Virus record (IMG/VR): IMGVR_UViG_3300030102_004953
Source of the DNA: an uncultured virus (IMG/VR IMGVR_UViG_3300030102_004953)
Lineage: Duplodnaviria; Heunggongvirae; Uroviricota; Caudoviricetes
Reading direction: 5' to 3' (one strand)
Length of the DNA: 64,000 nucleotides
The stretch's first letter is position 1, and the number at the start of each line of letters is the position of its first letter. Positions 48,223 through 60,200 of the stretch are shown here, piece after piece. The position numbers were made by a program, and so were the translations under genes. Under the pieces are notes generated by a model that was given only the letters and a program-made list of their open reading frames with translations, made no database searches and was not told the origin of the DNA.

Positions 48223-48716
48223 ACAGAAAGAGCTCGTTTATACCAACCAAATATGAATCGTTCTTGTTCAGGTTTTCTATTAACTAAATCGTAATAGTGT
48301 TTTAGTCTGTAACAACGAACTCTATCTAACTCAGGTGTGTGTTTATCTAAGGCTGCTTTTGTACCAGGTCCGAACCCACCATCAACAGTCAAATCACCTC
48401 CCTTACCATTGATAGCTCTTTGTAGTATTTTTACAGCTGTTCCTCTACCTTGATTCACACACATATCAAAAAAGATATGTTTTAAATCTTCAGGTAAATC
48501 ATCCACCTTATTTTTATCCCAATAATCTTTCTTATAGATTTCTTTAGCACCCTCTTTAGTAAGGTTTTTTATATCTACATCTGGATAAAATCTTTTAGCG
48601 ATTCCAAAATTAGTTTCACCACCTAAATCTTTTGGGTCGTGTACATACCCACCCTCGTGGTGTAATGTTATTTCAATTATTTCATCAAACGTTGTTAAAA
48701 CTTTATCTGTTTTCAT
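48219..48716 (-). CDS. Endolysin, glycoside hydrolase family 108 with peptidoglycan-binding domain
   Basis: HEGGYV.DP.D.GGET.FGI, IYK.DYW, FD..VNQG, DG.FGP.T, RF..GW..R; probable start MKTDK with AGGAG SD. Confidence 0.9.
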   Translation of the reverse strand: MKTDKVLTTFDEIIEITLHHEGGYVHDPKDLGGETNFGIAKRFYPDVDIKNLTKEGAKEIYKKDYWDKNKVDDLPEDLKHIFFDMCVNQGRGTAVKILQRAINGKGGDLTVDGGFGPGTKAALDKHTPELDRVRCYRLKHYYDLVNRKPEQERFIFGWYKRALSV

Positions 48717-48747
48717 AGGTTTACTCCTAAAAAGGTTTTTGATTATA

Positions 48748-49356
48748 TCAATAAATATTCCAGTTATCATAAATTACTCTCTTATCTTCAGAGGGATTTT
48801 TAGGTAATAATTTAAAAGCTACAGTTATACGAGGTAATTTAGATTCTCTGTACAATGGTCTTCCAACGTGAGCTATACTACCTTTAAAAACAGTTATTCT
48901 GCCAGGTAATGGATTCACTCCAGCAACTATTTCGTTTACATCGTTGTAAAATAATGTTTCACCCTCTTCACCTAATGCCCAACTCTCTGTAGCATATAAT
49001 AAACACGTATATGTTCTTTCCGTATTCGCATCTTTATGTATAGAACTCCGTTGTCCTTCTGTTTGAGCATTAGCATATTGTCTATCAACCTTAAACTCAT
49101 CCATATTAATTACTTTTTCACTTAAAGATGGTAGTATAAAATCATTCCATATATTAGTGGTTCTTTCACAATTTGATAGTTCTTTATACCAAAACTTGGC
49201 TTCTTTTAAAGGAACCCCAGCTCCTTGCATTTGCCAGTTTCTATCTCTATGATTTATCCAAGCTATGTAATCACTAAGAAAATTTGGTTTAGGACCATCT
49301 AAATTTAGGATTACTAAATCCTCTAATTTAACCTTTTCGGTTTCTTGTCCATTCAT
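48748..49356 (-). CDS. 2OG-Fe(II) oxygenase (prolyl-4-hydroxylase-like)
   Basis: HKD...TCLLY..W..GET.F...PGR..VF.G.IAH...RITVAFK. Confidence 0.8.
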   Translation of the reverse strand: MNGQETEKVKLEDLVILNLDGPKPNFLSDYIAWINHRDRNWQMQGAGVPLKEAKFWYKELSNCERTTNIWNDFILPSLSEKVINMDEFKVDRQYANAQTEGQRSSIHKDANTERTYTCLLYATESWALGEEGETLFYNDVNEIVAGVNPLPGRITVFKGSIAHVGRPLYRESKLPRITVAFKLLPKNPSEDKRVIYDNWNIY

Positions 49357-50059
49357 CTATTATCTCCTGAGGTATGTAATCAAATCCATTGGGTGTGTAT
49401 ATCGATATGTTTGCAGAAAAAACAATTCTATCTGTTTCTCCAAGATAGGTGTCAGCATCGTGAAATACCCAAGCTGGAAAGAGAACACATTTTCCTGCTT
49501 CTGGTTGTACAGGATAATGTGAATCATTTATATTCCATAAGTTACCAAGCTGATATCTAACTAAGCCAGGCGTTCTTATATCATAAAATCTATTAGAACC
49601 TCTCTCCTCTGGTGTATGAGAAGTAAAGTAATATATAAAACCCCAATCACAATTTGGATGATTATGAAACTGATGTGAACCACCTTTTTGAGTTATATGA
49701 AACCAACTCTCTTGTATGTAAGTTTTCCAATGTATTTTATCTATACCAAATCTTAATTTAAATGCATCCCATTGTTCTTTATTTATATCTTGTGTTATTC
49801 TACCAACACTTTCTTTAATATATTGATTAAAGAATTGTACAGTTGGATTCTCCCACATATCATCCATAAAGCTAAACTTTGATTCATACAAATTGTCTTT
49901 TAAATGTGGTGTTACATCACTAGGTGCATTGTCTTGTGAATACTGATAAAATATATCAATTAACTCATTTCCCATTTGGTCGTGATAGGGGCAAGTCCAT
50001 TCAAAAAAAGGAATTGAAAATAAATCTCTTTTATTGTAACTTATGTCTGGTAAATCCAT
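49328..50059 (-). CDS. Putative 2OG-Fe(II) oxygenase
   Basis: SWF.I...GGSH..HNHP, PEAG..VLFPAW..H, RI..SAN. Confidence 0.8.
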   Translation of the reverse strand: MDLPDISYNKRDLFSIPFFEWTCPYHDQMGNELIDIFYQYSQDNAPSDVTPHLKDNLYESKFSFMDDMWENPTVQFFNQYIKESVGRITQDINKEQWDAFKLRFGIDKIHWKTYIQESWFHITQKGGSHQFHNHPNCDWGFIYYFTSHTPEERGSNRFYDIRTPGLVRYQLGNLWNINDSHYPVQPEAGKCVLFPAWVFHDADTYLGETDRIVFSANISIYTPNGFDYIPQEIIDEWTRNRKG

Positions 50060-50082
50060 ATAACCTCTCTAATAAGTATATA

Positions 50083-53000
50083 TTATACAAATGAAACTTC
50101 AATATTTATGTCAGCTGAATCACTCACACCATTATTTGTAACTGTAACTCTGTATACTGCTGAATTACCAGCTAAAACACCACTATAGTATGATTGACAT
50201 CTAACATATATGTTACCAGAACCTGACATTGTACCTAAGTTAGTTGTCGTGCCACTACTTACATAACTATCTGGTGTACTATCAGTTTTAGAAGCAGCAA
50301 ATTTTGGTGTACCAATATTACCACCTGATATTTTGGTAAACGTAACAGTGGTATCACCTGAACCACCAGTTAAACTCCAACTTCTTACTTGAGATGTATC
50401 AGTAGCTTGTTCACTGCTAGTTGTAAGGTCATCAAAATCGGATGGTGATGATAATTGAGTATTGGATACTGCTAATTGTGTTGCTGTTGATGTACTTGTA
50501 ACATTACTCAAAGATGCATTACCTGTAGCTGCACTCGTACTTAGTGTATTACCATTTTTAGCATATACTGCGTAGTAATATGTTTTACCATTTTTTATTG
50601 CTTGTATCTGATAATAATATGTAGTTCCACCTGTTACACCACTATGGAAAAGAAGTTGATTTATTGAACCACCACTTATACCACTTGTTGTGTTTGCTAT
50701 TGCAGTAGAACTGTAAGCACTACTATGATTTGATGTGTTGAATTTTAGAGTATAGCTATCTATACCACTTGCTGTAAACAATATTCGATTTACACTCTGA
50801 CCACCAATTATTACACTATCACTGCTACCACCACCAAATGCACTAATTGATGGAGCACTATTGTTACTTAATGAAGTATCATCGAATACTGTATTGTCAG
50901 CTGGTACAGTACCTGCCTCAGTATCACCACTATCAGCAGCACCACTTGCATTTCTGTATATTACAAATTCATCTTCAATAGCTGAGTTATCAGTCCAACT
51001 CATCTCTATATTAGAAGCACCTGTAGATGTAGCTGACCAACTTGTTGGAGATATTGGTATAGCCTGAGTAATGGCGATATATTGGTTTGCATCCATTTCA
51101 CCACTACCATCTATAATACCAATATGAGTAGCATTCATTCTAAAGAATTTACTACCATCACCAGACCAAATTGGTTGATTTATACCCCTAAAGAAAGTAA
51201 CTGTATTTGAACCAGGTGTGTTTAAATCTGAACGATAGAAAAGTTCTTGTGTGCTAGAAATTGTTGATACTGCTGCAGTCTCTTGTACTGTACTGAAACC
51301 AACACCAGAAGTTGAACTCATACTTGAACCAGCAACTATAATTGATGAGAACGTTTGTGTTGTTACACTAAAGGTTGAACTTTGTGTTGTTTTTGTATCT
51401 GTGGTTGAACTACCATTTGGTGTTGTGGTTACATCTCTTTCGGCATCTACTCTGAATGTACGTGTTTGTCCTGTAGAATAACCCGTGATTGTTGCACTTG
51501 TTGTTGGCATACTTACTGTTGCTTTAAGAACTGCAGTACCAGTTGTTACATCGTAAATTTTATGTCTAGTTGCATTATTACCAGCATTGAATGCGACAAT
51601 AATACTTGTTGCACTTGCAGCTGTCGAGTTGTTATTACTAGGAGCACCTGGAGCTGAGAAGTCAGAAAATGAAGCGGCATTATCATTTACTACTTTACCC
51701 GAAGTACTACTACCAATTCTGAAATCAACTATTGTACCAAAAGTATCACCACTCATTTGATTTCTATCAAATGTAACAGTACCACTTTGTGTACTTACAC
51801 TAATACTTTGGTAAACTGTACCACCATTACCTGTATCTAAACCTTCACCCATTTGTATATTTACAGCATCATCAAAGTTTTTAGTATATGTTATTGTAAA
51901 ATTACCTGTATCACCTTTTGTCCAAGATGTTAGAGATGGGTTACCTAAACTTAAAGATGGGTTGATTGTTGTAGCAGATGCAGTTGCAGTAACAGATTCA
52001 TCATCAGCATTTTTTGCAGTCAAAGTATATATTCTAGTTGTATTATTACCAATACCTGTTTGAGCTACATCATCATCAACTGATACTGAGCCTACACCTT
52101 GATTTACAGTAGCAGAGCTAGCATTAGTTGTTCTAATAGTCAAATCTATTTCACCAAGTATGTTACCTGTTGCAGCAGAGAAAGTGTCTATCACTGGTAG
52201 TGGTCCAAGAATACCTGATGGTCCTAAACTTCTAACAATAGTAGCACTTGAATCCGTGTCAATTATTCTTACTTCTCTACTATTATTAGTATCACGTTCA
52301 AAATCAGCTGTACCACTTACTGAAACATTACCAGATATATCAGATGTAATAGCTGAGATATTAATAAAACTACTACCATTATGTCTTTGTACTCTCATAT
52401 TTTGTACAAAATTTGCACTGACACCTGATAGTGTGATGGCACTACCTTCTCTCAATACACCATCAATAGAACCACCAGTAAATGCTTTTGTAACTGCAGT
52501 TATGGTTTGGTCAAAACTTGTTGTACCACTTGTACTATCAAGACCACTTACAGTCAAATCTGAACTCTTAGTACCACCAGATGTATATTTACCTTTTACT
52601 GTACCTGGTGAAGAACTATTACCACTTGTAAAAGAAAAATCTGTTATAGAGTAACTAAATGTTGTAACATTATCACCAGTAACACTAGGTGTAAATGTAA
52701 ACTCTGTTGGTGTTATGCCGTGAGTACTGCTTGCTATTGTATCACCGTGTGTATCTGTAGTTGGTCGAAATGTACCTGAACCAGGGCTTACACCAACACT
52801 AACAGTTGGGTTTACAGTTAATAAAGCAACTGAAGAACTTGTTTGTGAGTAATTAGCCGTTCCAGTAAAAGTAATCGTATAAACTTTATTATTAACACCT
52901 GGTGTCATTGTTGCACTACCATCTGCAGTAAGAGTTGCACCACCAATACTATCTTCACTTGATATCACAACTTGTTTATTATCACCTACTAAACTTGAAA

Positions 53001-54261
53001 CTGAAAAAGCTTGTGTTTGATTTACATTAATAGTTTGACTCTGAGGAATACTAAAAGAAAGTTGTGGTGCTACTGTAATAGAACTTCCTACATAAGCTAC
53101 ACTATCACCATCGTGAAAAGCTTTTGGATGATATGTTCCAGCTGAACTAATTGTAAAATTTTTTGATATATCTTCTTGAACATAAACTGTAGAAACTGCT
53201 TCATCAACTGATGTAAAAGTTTTATCTGATGGAGTATTGTTGGTATCGTGTCCTATAGTTACAGTTCCACTTCTACCTCTTGAAGTACAGGTTATGGTAA
53301 CATTATTTGAACCATCGACTGCAGAAACATTTACTGTTGTATCACTAGCTTGTAAAGAAACTATTTGTTGTGCATACTTAACCTCAAAATCTCTTTGTGA
53401 AGTTGTTTCGTTTCTTGCTTTTGATGGATTACCAACGTGTGAGGTTTGAAATCTTAAAATACCTGGTACATTAGATATAGAGTATGTTGTATTACCAGAA
53501 TTACTTTCACTAACAAGTGTAGCAGCTATAGCACCACCATCTCCATTGAGTACCGCTGATTTACCTGTTATAGATTTACTAACTTGAGTTCCTGTAGTTA
53601 CTGAAGTAGATACTACTGGATTACTAATACTGGCACCCGATGAAGAGACAAAGACTGTTTCAACAATACTACCACCTGAATTCTTTATTCGTGTTACTCC
53701 ATTATCTATTGCAGTAAAATGGTTTATGGTAGCACCAGTTGCATTTTCAAAAGTACCAGTTGAAACAAAAGCATAGTATTTATCATCACCTTCAGCAGTT
53801 GTGGGTGCAGTAAAGGGAATGTCTATTGTGCCAGTATCGGTTCCAATGTTTACCTCGTTAGATGCTAAAATTGCATTGTTTGATGTAGCTTTTACACCAA
53901 CAGTAAAACTTGGACCTAAATCAGTATCATTTCTTTCAAATTGTATTTGAGCACTTTCACCATCAACATAACCATTACTTGTTACGTCAGTACCATCTGC
54001 TAATTGAGGAACGACAGAATCAAAAGACTCATTAAGTATATTAGAACCACGAAATTCAGATAATCCAAATGGTGATGCTCTTAAAGCATCTCTATCTGCA
54101 GTATTTCCTGGATTAGCTGGATTTCCATCTATATCACCAACTAGAGAACCTGATGCGAATTGGTTTGCCAATGTAGACAAAACCAAATCTTGTCTACTAG
54201 CAGAGTCGTTATTGTCAGCCAATGCTCCCATATGTATCGGACCTGTAGCGGGTAAAGCCAT
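50083..54261 (-). CDS. Large Ig/FN3-repeat virion protein
   Basis: 1392 aa, very S/T-rich; FN3-like SW.DNS..E..F.IYR and GTTYYYQI; MALPATGPI..GLSEFRG N-terminus. Confidence 0.65.
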   Translation of the reverse strand: MALPATGPIHMGALADNNDSASRQDLVLSTLANQFASGSLVGDIDGNPANPGNTADRDALRASPFGLSEFRGSNILNESFDSVVPQLADGTDVTSNGYVDGESAQIQFERNDTDLGPSFTVGVKATSNNAILASNEVNIGTDTGTIDIPFTAPTTAEGDDKYYAFVSTGTFENATGATINHFTAIDNGVTRIKNSGGSIVETVFVSSSGASISNPVVSTSVTTGTQVSKSITGKSAVLNGDGGAIAATLVSESNSGNTTYSISNVPGILRFQTSHVGNPSKARNETTSQRDFEVKYAQQIVSLQASDTTVNVSAVDGSNNVTITCTSRGRSGTVTIGHDTNNTPSDKTFTSVDEAVSTVYVQEDISKNFTISSAGTYHPKAFHDGDSVAYVGSSITVAPQLSFSIPQSQTINVNQTQAFSVSSLVGDNKQVVISSEDSIGGATLTADGSATMTPGVNNKVYTITFTGTANYSQTSSSVALLTVNPTVSVGVSPGSGTFRPTTDTHGDTIASSTHGITPTEFTFTPSVTGDNVTTFSYSITDFSFTSGNSSSPGTVKGKYTSGGTKSSDLTVSGLDSTSGTTSFDQTITAVTKAFTGGSIDGVLREGSAITLSGVSANFVQNMRVQRHNGSSFINISAITSDISGNVSVSGTADFERDTNNSREVRIIDTDSSATIVRSLGPSGILGPLPVIDTFSAATGNILGEIDLTIRTTNASSATVNQGVGSVSVDDDVAQTGIGNNTTRIYTLTAKNADDESVTATASATTINPSLSLGNPSLTSWTKGDTGNFTITYTKNFDDAVNIQMGEGLDTGNGGTVYQSISVSTQSGTVTFDRNQMSGDTFGTIVDFRIGSSTSGKVVNDNAASFSDFSAPGAPSNNNSTAASATSIIVAFNAGNNATRHKIYDVTTGTAVLKATVSMPTTSATITGYSTGQTRTFRVDAERDVTTTPNGSSTTDTKTTQSSTFSVTTQTFSSIIVAGSSMSSTSGVGFSTVQETAAVSTISSTQELFYRSDLNTPGSNTVTFFRGINQPIWSGDGSKFFRMNATHIGIIDGSGEMDANQYIAITQAIPISPTSWSATSTGASNIEMSWTDNSAIEDEFVIYRNASGAADSGDTEAGTVPADNTVFDDTSLSNNSAPSISAFGGGSSDSVIIGGQSVNRILFTASGIDSYTLKFNTSNHSSAYSSTAIANTTSGISGGSINQLLFHSGVTGGTTYYYQIQAIKNGKTYYYAVYAKNGNTLSTSAATGNASLSNVTSTSTATQLAVSNTQLSSPSDFDDLTTSSEQATDTSQVRSWSLTGGSGDTTVTFTKISGGNIGTPKFAASKTDSTPDSYVSSGTTTNLGTMSGSGNIYVRCQSYYSGVLAGNSAVYRVTVTNNGVSDSADINIEVSFV

Positions 54262-57200
54262 TATAACTCCTCAAGTTTTTTCTTTAGTTCATCAATCTGT
54301 TTTTGTTGTTCTTGAATCGCACCAATTAAGAAAGTTGTTAACTTAGAGTAATCAATAGTTTTATGATGTATCTCACCAGTTAAATCCACAACCTCATTTC
54401 CTATCGAATGTACTTCCTTAACAACTTCAGGTAAAATAGGTTCAACCTCTTGAGCAATTAAACCCACATCATCTTTCTTTTGATTTATCTTCCATCTAAA
54501 TGATGATGGTTTTAATTCTAATATTTTTTCTAAATTATTTTCTAATGGTTTTATATTTTCTTTTAATCTCCTATCAGAGCCTACCGATGTTGAGAATGCA
54601 GTTACGTCATCCTTAACGTGAAGATGTCCATCACGTCCAAATGCAAATAGTTCATTTTGAGTTGAACTACCGTGTCCATTTAGTATTAAACCTTGTGGTT
54701 GTTGACTTACGCCAGTACTTTCTTGTAAAAAGAAACCATTTGCTCTAGCGATTGTTGGAGTAGAACCAAATTGTAATGATACACCTGTGCCTGTACTACC
54801 ATCACCTGCAAGTCTTATAAGTCCTGATGTATTAGAAAAATCACTAACAATCAATGAACCTGTTAGGTGAGTTGAACCTAATATTTCTACGGTTTTAGCT
54901 TCTTCGGGTGCTGCGCGGAAATAAGCATTAGCCTCATTAGCAAGTGTAGTATCTTCTAATGCTATAGTTTGAAATCCAGATGGTGCTAGTTCTGTCTTTT
55001 TGTTACTTGGTTCGTGTTTAATTGAAGTAAAGTAAGCCTTAATAGATTCTATACTCGTTGCTTGTGTAAAATCTTTAAATGGATTTATAAGGGCATAATT
55101 TTCTGTTAAAGCATTATTAGTAACTGTTAAATTATTTACTTCAAAAAAGTAGCCCTCAGCAACACCAGTGTGGTCAATTGATATATTTCTTGTTGTGGTA
55201 AACGTTGTACTATCACTACTTCCACCACCAGATGGAAATCTAGTTCCATCTAAAGATAAACTACCCACCTCAGTATAAGTAGAACTCTGTTTTCTCTGTA
55301 ACTTTAAGCTACCAGATAAGAAATAGGTTCCAGATAAACCACTATTGTAATCAAGACTATCGTGATTTGGTGTAGCTATAGTTACCTCAATATTTAGTGT
55401 TGCAGTACTTCTATATTTTGAACCAGCTGATAGTGTTTTTAAATCAACACTTCCAGAAGATGAGGCTATCTCAGCTGAAAATGATGTATTATTAGCCGAA
55501 CCTGAATCACCAGCGTATAAAAATATAGGTGAAGATGTCTGTGTATTGTTTATAGTTAAACCTGTAGCCTGAGTTCTATTTCCTGATGGTAAGTTATCTG
55601 ACATACCTGTATGACTAGATGATTTACCACCAGCTTGTAATATGGTAGCAGCTGGTGTAAAGTTAGGAACTAATTCACCAATAAAGCTTCCACTCGTGAT
55701 TGTGATATTAGGTGAACCAGGAGTTGCATCTATTTCTATTTCAGAGTTTGCATCCCTTATCTTGTTACCATCAATAATCCAACCAGTTGTATCAGCAGAA
55801 CCAAAGAAGCCCGTTGTAGCTGCTATGTTACCTGCTATGTTAGCATTCTGAGCTACTATATCACCAGCAGGATTAATACTAAATGATGGAAAGTTCATAG
55901 ACAACCCATCTGGATATGTACCTCTCATAAATGAAGAACCTGATTGGAAATTGAACTCACCACTACCACTTAAAAAGATACCATTTGAGCCAGTAACGGA
56001 TGTACTTCCATTCACGTAAGGTGCGCTAACGGCATCCCCTAACTTGATAGAACCACCTTTAGAAGAAGAAACTGCTATATTACTTCCTGATAAGGTTGTG
56101 GAATCTATTGTAAAGCCGCCTATCTGACCACTTGTAGCAGTTATATTACCTGTAATCTGAGCAGCTGAAGCTGTAAGTTGTCCACTAGATCCTTTTAATT
56201 TTAATGTGCCTGATGAAGCATCTAAATCAGTACCGATATTGAATCCACCAATAGTTCCAGTTTGTGCCGTTATCTCTCCTGATATCGAAACATCTCCACT
56301 ACTATCTACTGAGAAGTTGCCTGTTTTTATTTCTAAAGCACCATTACCACCATCAGCATCAAACTTAATATAATTTGTATTATTATCATCTCCTTTAATT
56401 AATACATCACCACTTCCACTTGCAAAAAATCCTTTGTTAGTAGTTGCTACTGTACTAGCATTAGCTAAAGTTCCAGCTTTTACCGAACCATCAGAACTTA
56501 GAGTAACATCTCCACCTGTCAATGTAGATGAACCAATAGTCCAACCACCAATCAAACCTAATGATGAGGTTAGTACACCCTCTATTTTTGCACCACTAGC
56601 AAATAATTGTCCACTTGAAGATACTGCAAAATCCGTTCCAAACCTTACATAAAAATTTGAACCAGTTGGTGTAAAATCAATGTAGTATCCATCCAATTCA
56701 CCATTTTCATCCGTTTTAAATATCCTTGAACTATTTGCATCAAGTGTTATGTTACTACCTGTAATTAAACCTGTATTTGTAATATTCCAAGAACCTATAT
56801 TACCCTCTGTTGCACTAACTCTACCTGATAAGAAAACATTTTCTGACATTAAACCAAAGCCAGGATTTGCTGCACCAAATACAGCACCTGTTCCAGCTAA
56901 TCCACCTAAATCTCCTAACCTTGCTTTTCTTGAAAATCCACCACTACCTGATTCTACAATATCTATGTATGGTGTATCGGTATCAGTAGGATTAGCATTT
57001 ATATCTATGAATCCTGTACCTGGTCTTCCAAAACTAATAATAACTTGTCCATCTTCATATGTAGTAGCTACGGAACTTTCTCCACTAAAGTTACCTATCG
57101 AACCTGTAACACTACCAGCGGCTGCTCTTGTTACTGTTAAAGCGTGGTCGAATCCAGTAGAGTTACCTGTTTGGTCTGATGCAGAGAAAGCAGCTGTTAA

Positions 57201-60200
57201 CTTTAAGAACTCAGAGTTAAAGCCTGTATCATCTACTTTCTTACAAAACAGTAATTCACCAGCTCTAAATCCTGCAGCGTTTTGAACTGGAATCGCTGTA
57301 GCACTAGCACCAACACTACCACTTATAGTAGTAGCATTACTTACAAGTAATCTACCACCAACTGCATTAACAGTTTGTTTCTCAAAGGTTGTTGTAGCTA
57401 ACGTTCCCCTTACAAATACATTTGAGAACTCAGCAAAACCTATATCATCTATAGCCCAACCTTTTTGTTTTGGAACATAATCTTTTGTTCTAATTGAACC
57501 TGTACTACTGAATATTATATTATCTGATTCTAATGTTGCACCACCTATATTCCATCCTGCAATATTACCAGCACTAGCACTTAATTCACCACTAGCTCTA
57601 ACTTGGAAGTTAGATGAACTTATAAATATACCAGTATCAGTTGTGGATGTCTCATCTGCATTACCTCTCAAGTAAAAGGTTTCACCAGATAACTTTTCTC
57701 TACCTATCGTGAATCCACCAATCTCACCTGTTTCAGCTTTTATATTACCTTTTACTGCAACGTCTCCACTTGATGATAAATGAAAGTTTGAAGAACTTAT
57801 TTCTATATTACCACCACTACCACTTACAAATTGAGAATCACTACCTAAGAAAAATGATTTAGCCTTTACTTCAAAGACACTTGGATTACTTCTAAATTTA
57901 AGTGAACCCTCATCTCCACCAGCGTGTAATTCTAATCCCAATCCATCATAAGTTTCAGCTGAATCTATAGATTCACCAACACTACCACTAAACATAATAA
58001 TACCAGGCGGACCTTCACCTGTAGTAGCTTTTTCAAATCCTTTGTATGATTTAGTTCTAAAGTAAGCTGAACTCTGTCCACTTAATTCAAACCCTTGCCC
58101 CTCACCTAATCCATTATTAATTGTAAGGGTGCCAGGCATAACATTGTCATCACCAGAAAATACCGTATTACTTCCTTGTATATCAGTAGAGTTTGGTGTG
58201 TAAGTTACTAAGTCAGCTTGCTTACCATCTTTTGTAAAGTACTCTACTTTGTAAGTTATCTTTTGAGGACGTTGTGTTAACTCTGGCGTATCAGTTATTA
58301 TATCCATATTGTTTGGATTAAAACCTGATTCTCTAGCTTGTCTTAATGAAACATTATTAATATACCATCTACCAGCGGTAGCTACAAATTGTAAAGTGGC
58401 TCTAGCTGTATCCTCTAAGATAAAGTTTTGGTATACACTCTTTGGAAATGTAATATTAGCATCAGGACCTTTATCATCAGGATTTACTATACCTATTAAG
58501 TAACCCCACGGAGTAGATTTGAAATCAGCACCTTTTTTGGTTAGATTCAAACCAGAACCAGATACGTAAACTTTTAATTCTGCCTTTTGTCTTTCAACTA
58601 AACTATCATTTTCCCTAACTTGTTTAGGAGCTTTTATAGGTTTAGCATTAAATCTTAAACTATATTCTTGTCCTCCAAATATTAAAGGACGATTTTCAGC
58701 TGATACATTACCTTTGGTAGCCACATTTCTTGTGGATGTATCTTTTAACCAAAGTGCTACATTATCTTTTTCTGAATAGTTAGAACCCGATATTAGAATT
58801 GAATCTGTTATATCAGATACACTAGCAGTTGAACCTGTCATTTCTATAAGAAGTCCTCTTTCATTCCCACCTATATATCCAGCTTCTGTGCCTTGTGAAC
58901 CCGACCAATACGATGTGAATATAGATGATGTTGGGAAGAAACCTTTCATCAATCTACCTTTTAGATGTAACTTATCTACAAGTTCTTCTCTAGCTTCTAA
59001 AACTCTTTCTGTTAAAAATTTATATTCAGAATCATTTCTTGTTTTATAGTAAACTTTTGCTCTGTAAACATCACCTGATACAGTTCTTAGATTAGATAAT
59101 CTAATATTTGTTTTCGATATAAAATTAACTTCGTTAAAATCATACTCTTGAGTCTCGTTAAAACTCATAGTATATGGTGAACTTGCTAAATCAGGAATTT
59201 CAATTAACTTTTTAGATAAATCAGCTACTGTATTGTTGAAAACTAAGGGTTTGGCAGATGGTATTATCTTACCATTTTGTATATCAGCTATATCAAACTC
59301 ATAAGGTAAGTTTTGACTTATTAAATCAGTAACAGTATATCCTGCACCTTTAGCAAAATCTAAGAGTTCATATCTATCTACTTTTACTTTAGCACCATAA
59401 ATTGAGTTACCTACTTTTCTATTACCTGATAAACTATCTAAAGTAATTTCATAATCTTGTACAATAGGACTACCAGCATTTTGTTGTTCATCATATCTAT
59501 CATCCCCACTTGTATCATACGTACCATCATTATCACTATTTTGTCCTGAGTTAGATGCGTTTCTATCTGAGTTAGAATCTTGTGATTGTCCATCATCATA
59601 ATTGTTATCATCATCTTGAGTAACTGCATTTTCTTTAGCATCACCACCCGTATCTACAGCATTAAGTTGGTAATAAACTTTATTACTTTGCACTCCGTGT
59701 ACACCAACTTGTAAGCCGACAGATTTTATATCACTATCATCAACTATAAAATCTACATTCTTTCCGTGTCCAAGTCGAGTTAATTCAGCACCATCCGAAT
59801 CATTTAAACTCCAAGTATAAGCAGTAATCTCAGTTGCGTAAGCAGCACTATGTGATGCATTAGCTCTTGTTATTGCTGTATGATTTCCAAATGATAGTGA
59901 TGCAGTAGGTGTATTACTAACCGTATCATCATCTATTATTATATCGGTATCATTCAATACTACTGCAGTAGAAGCGTTAACTGTAACTGCTAAACTACTA
60001 CTTACTGATGCTATATCAGCTGCATCAGTTGCAACAATACTAGCTTTGTAACTACCAGCAGTAGTATATGTGTGAGTAAAATCTGCGCTAGATGAATCAG
60101 TACCTTTTAATGTTATACCATTTGGATACGTAAGTAAATCACTTGAACCATCTCCCCAAGCTACTGATATCTGTTTAAGCTGACCAGGCGTAGATGAAAC

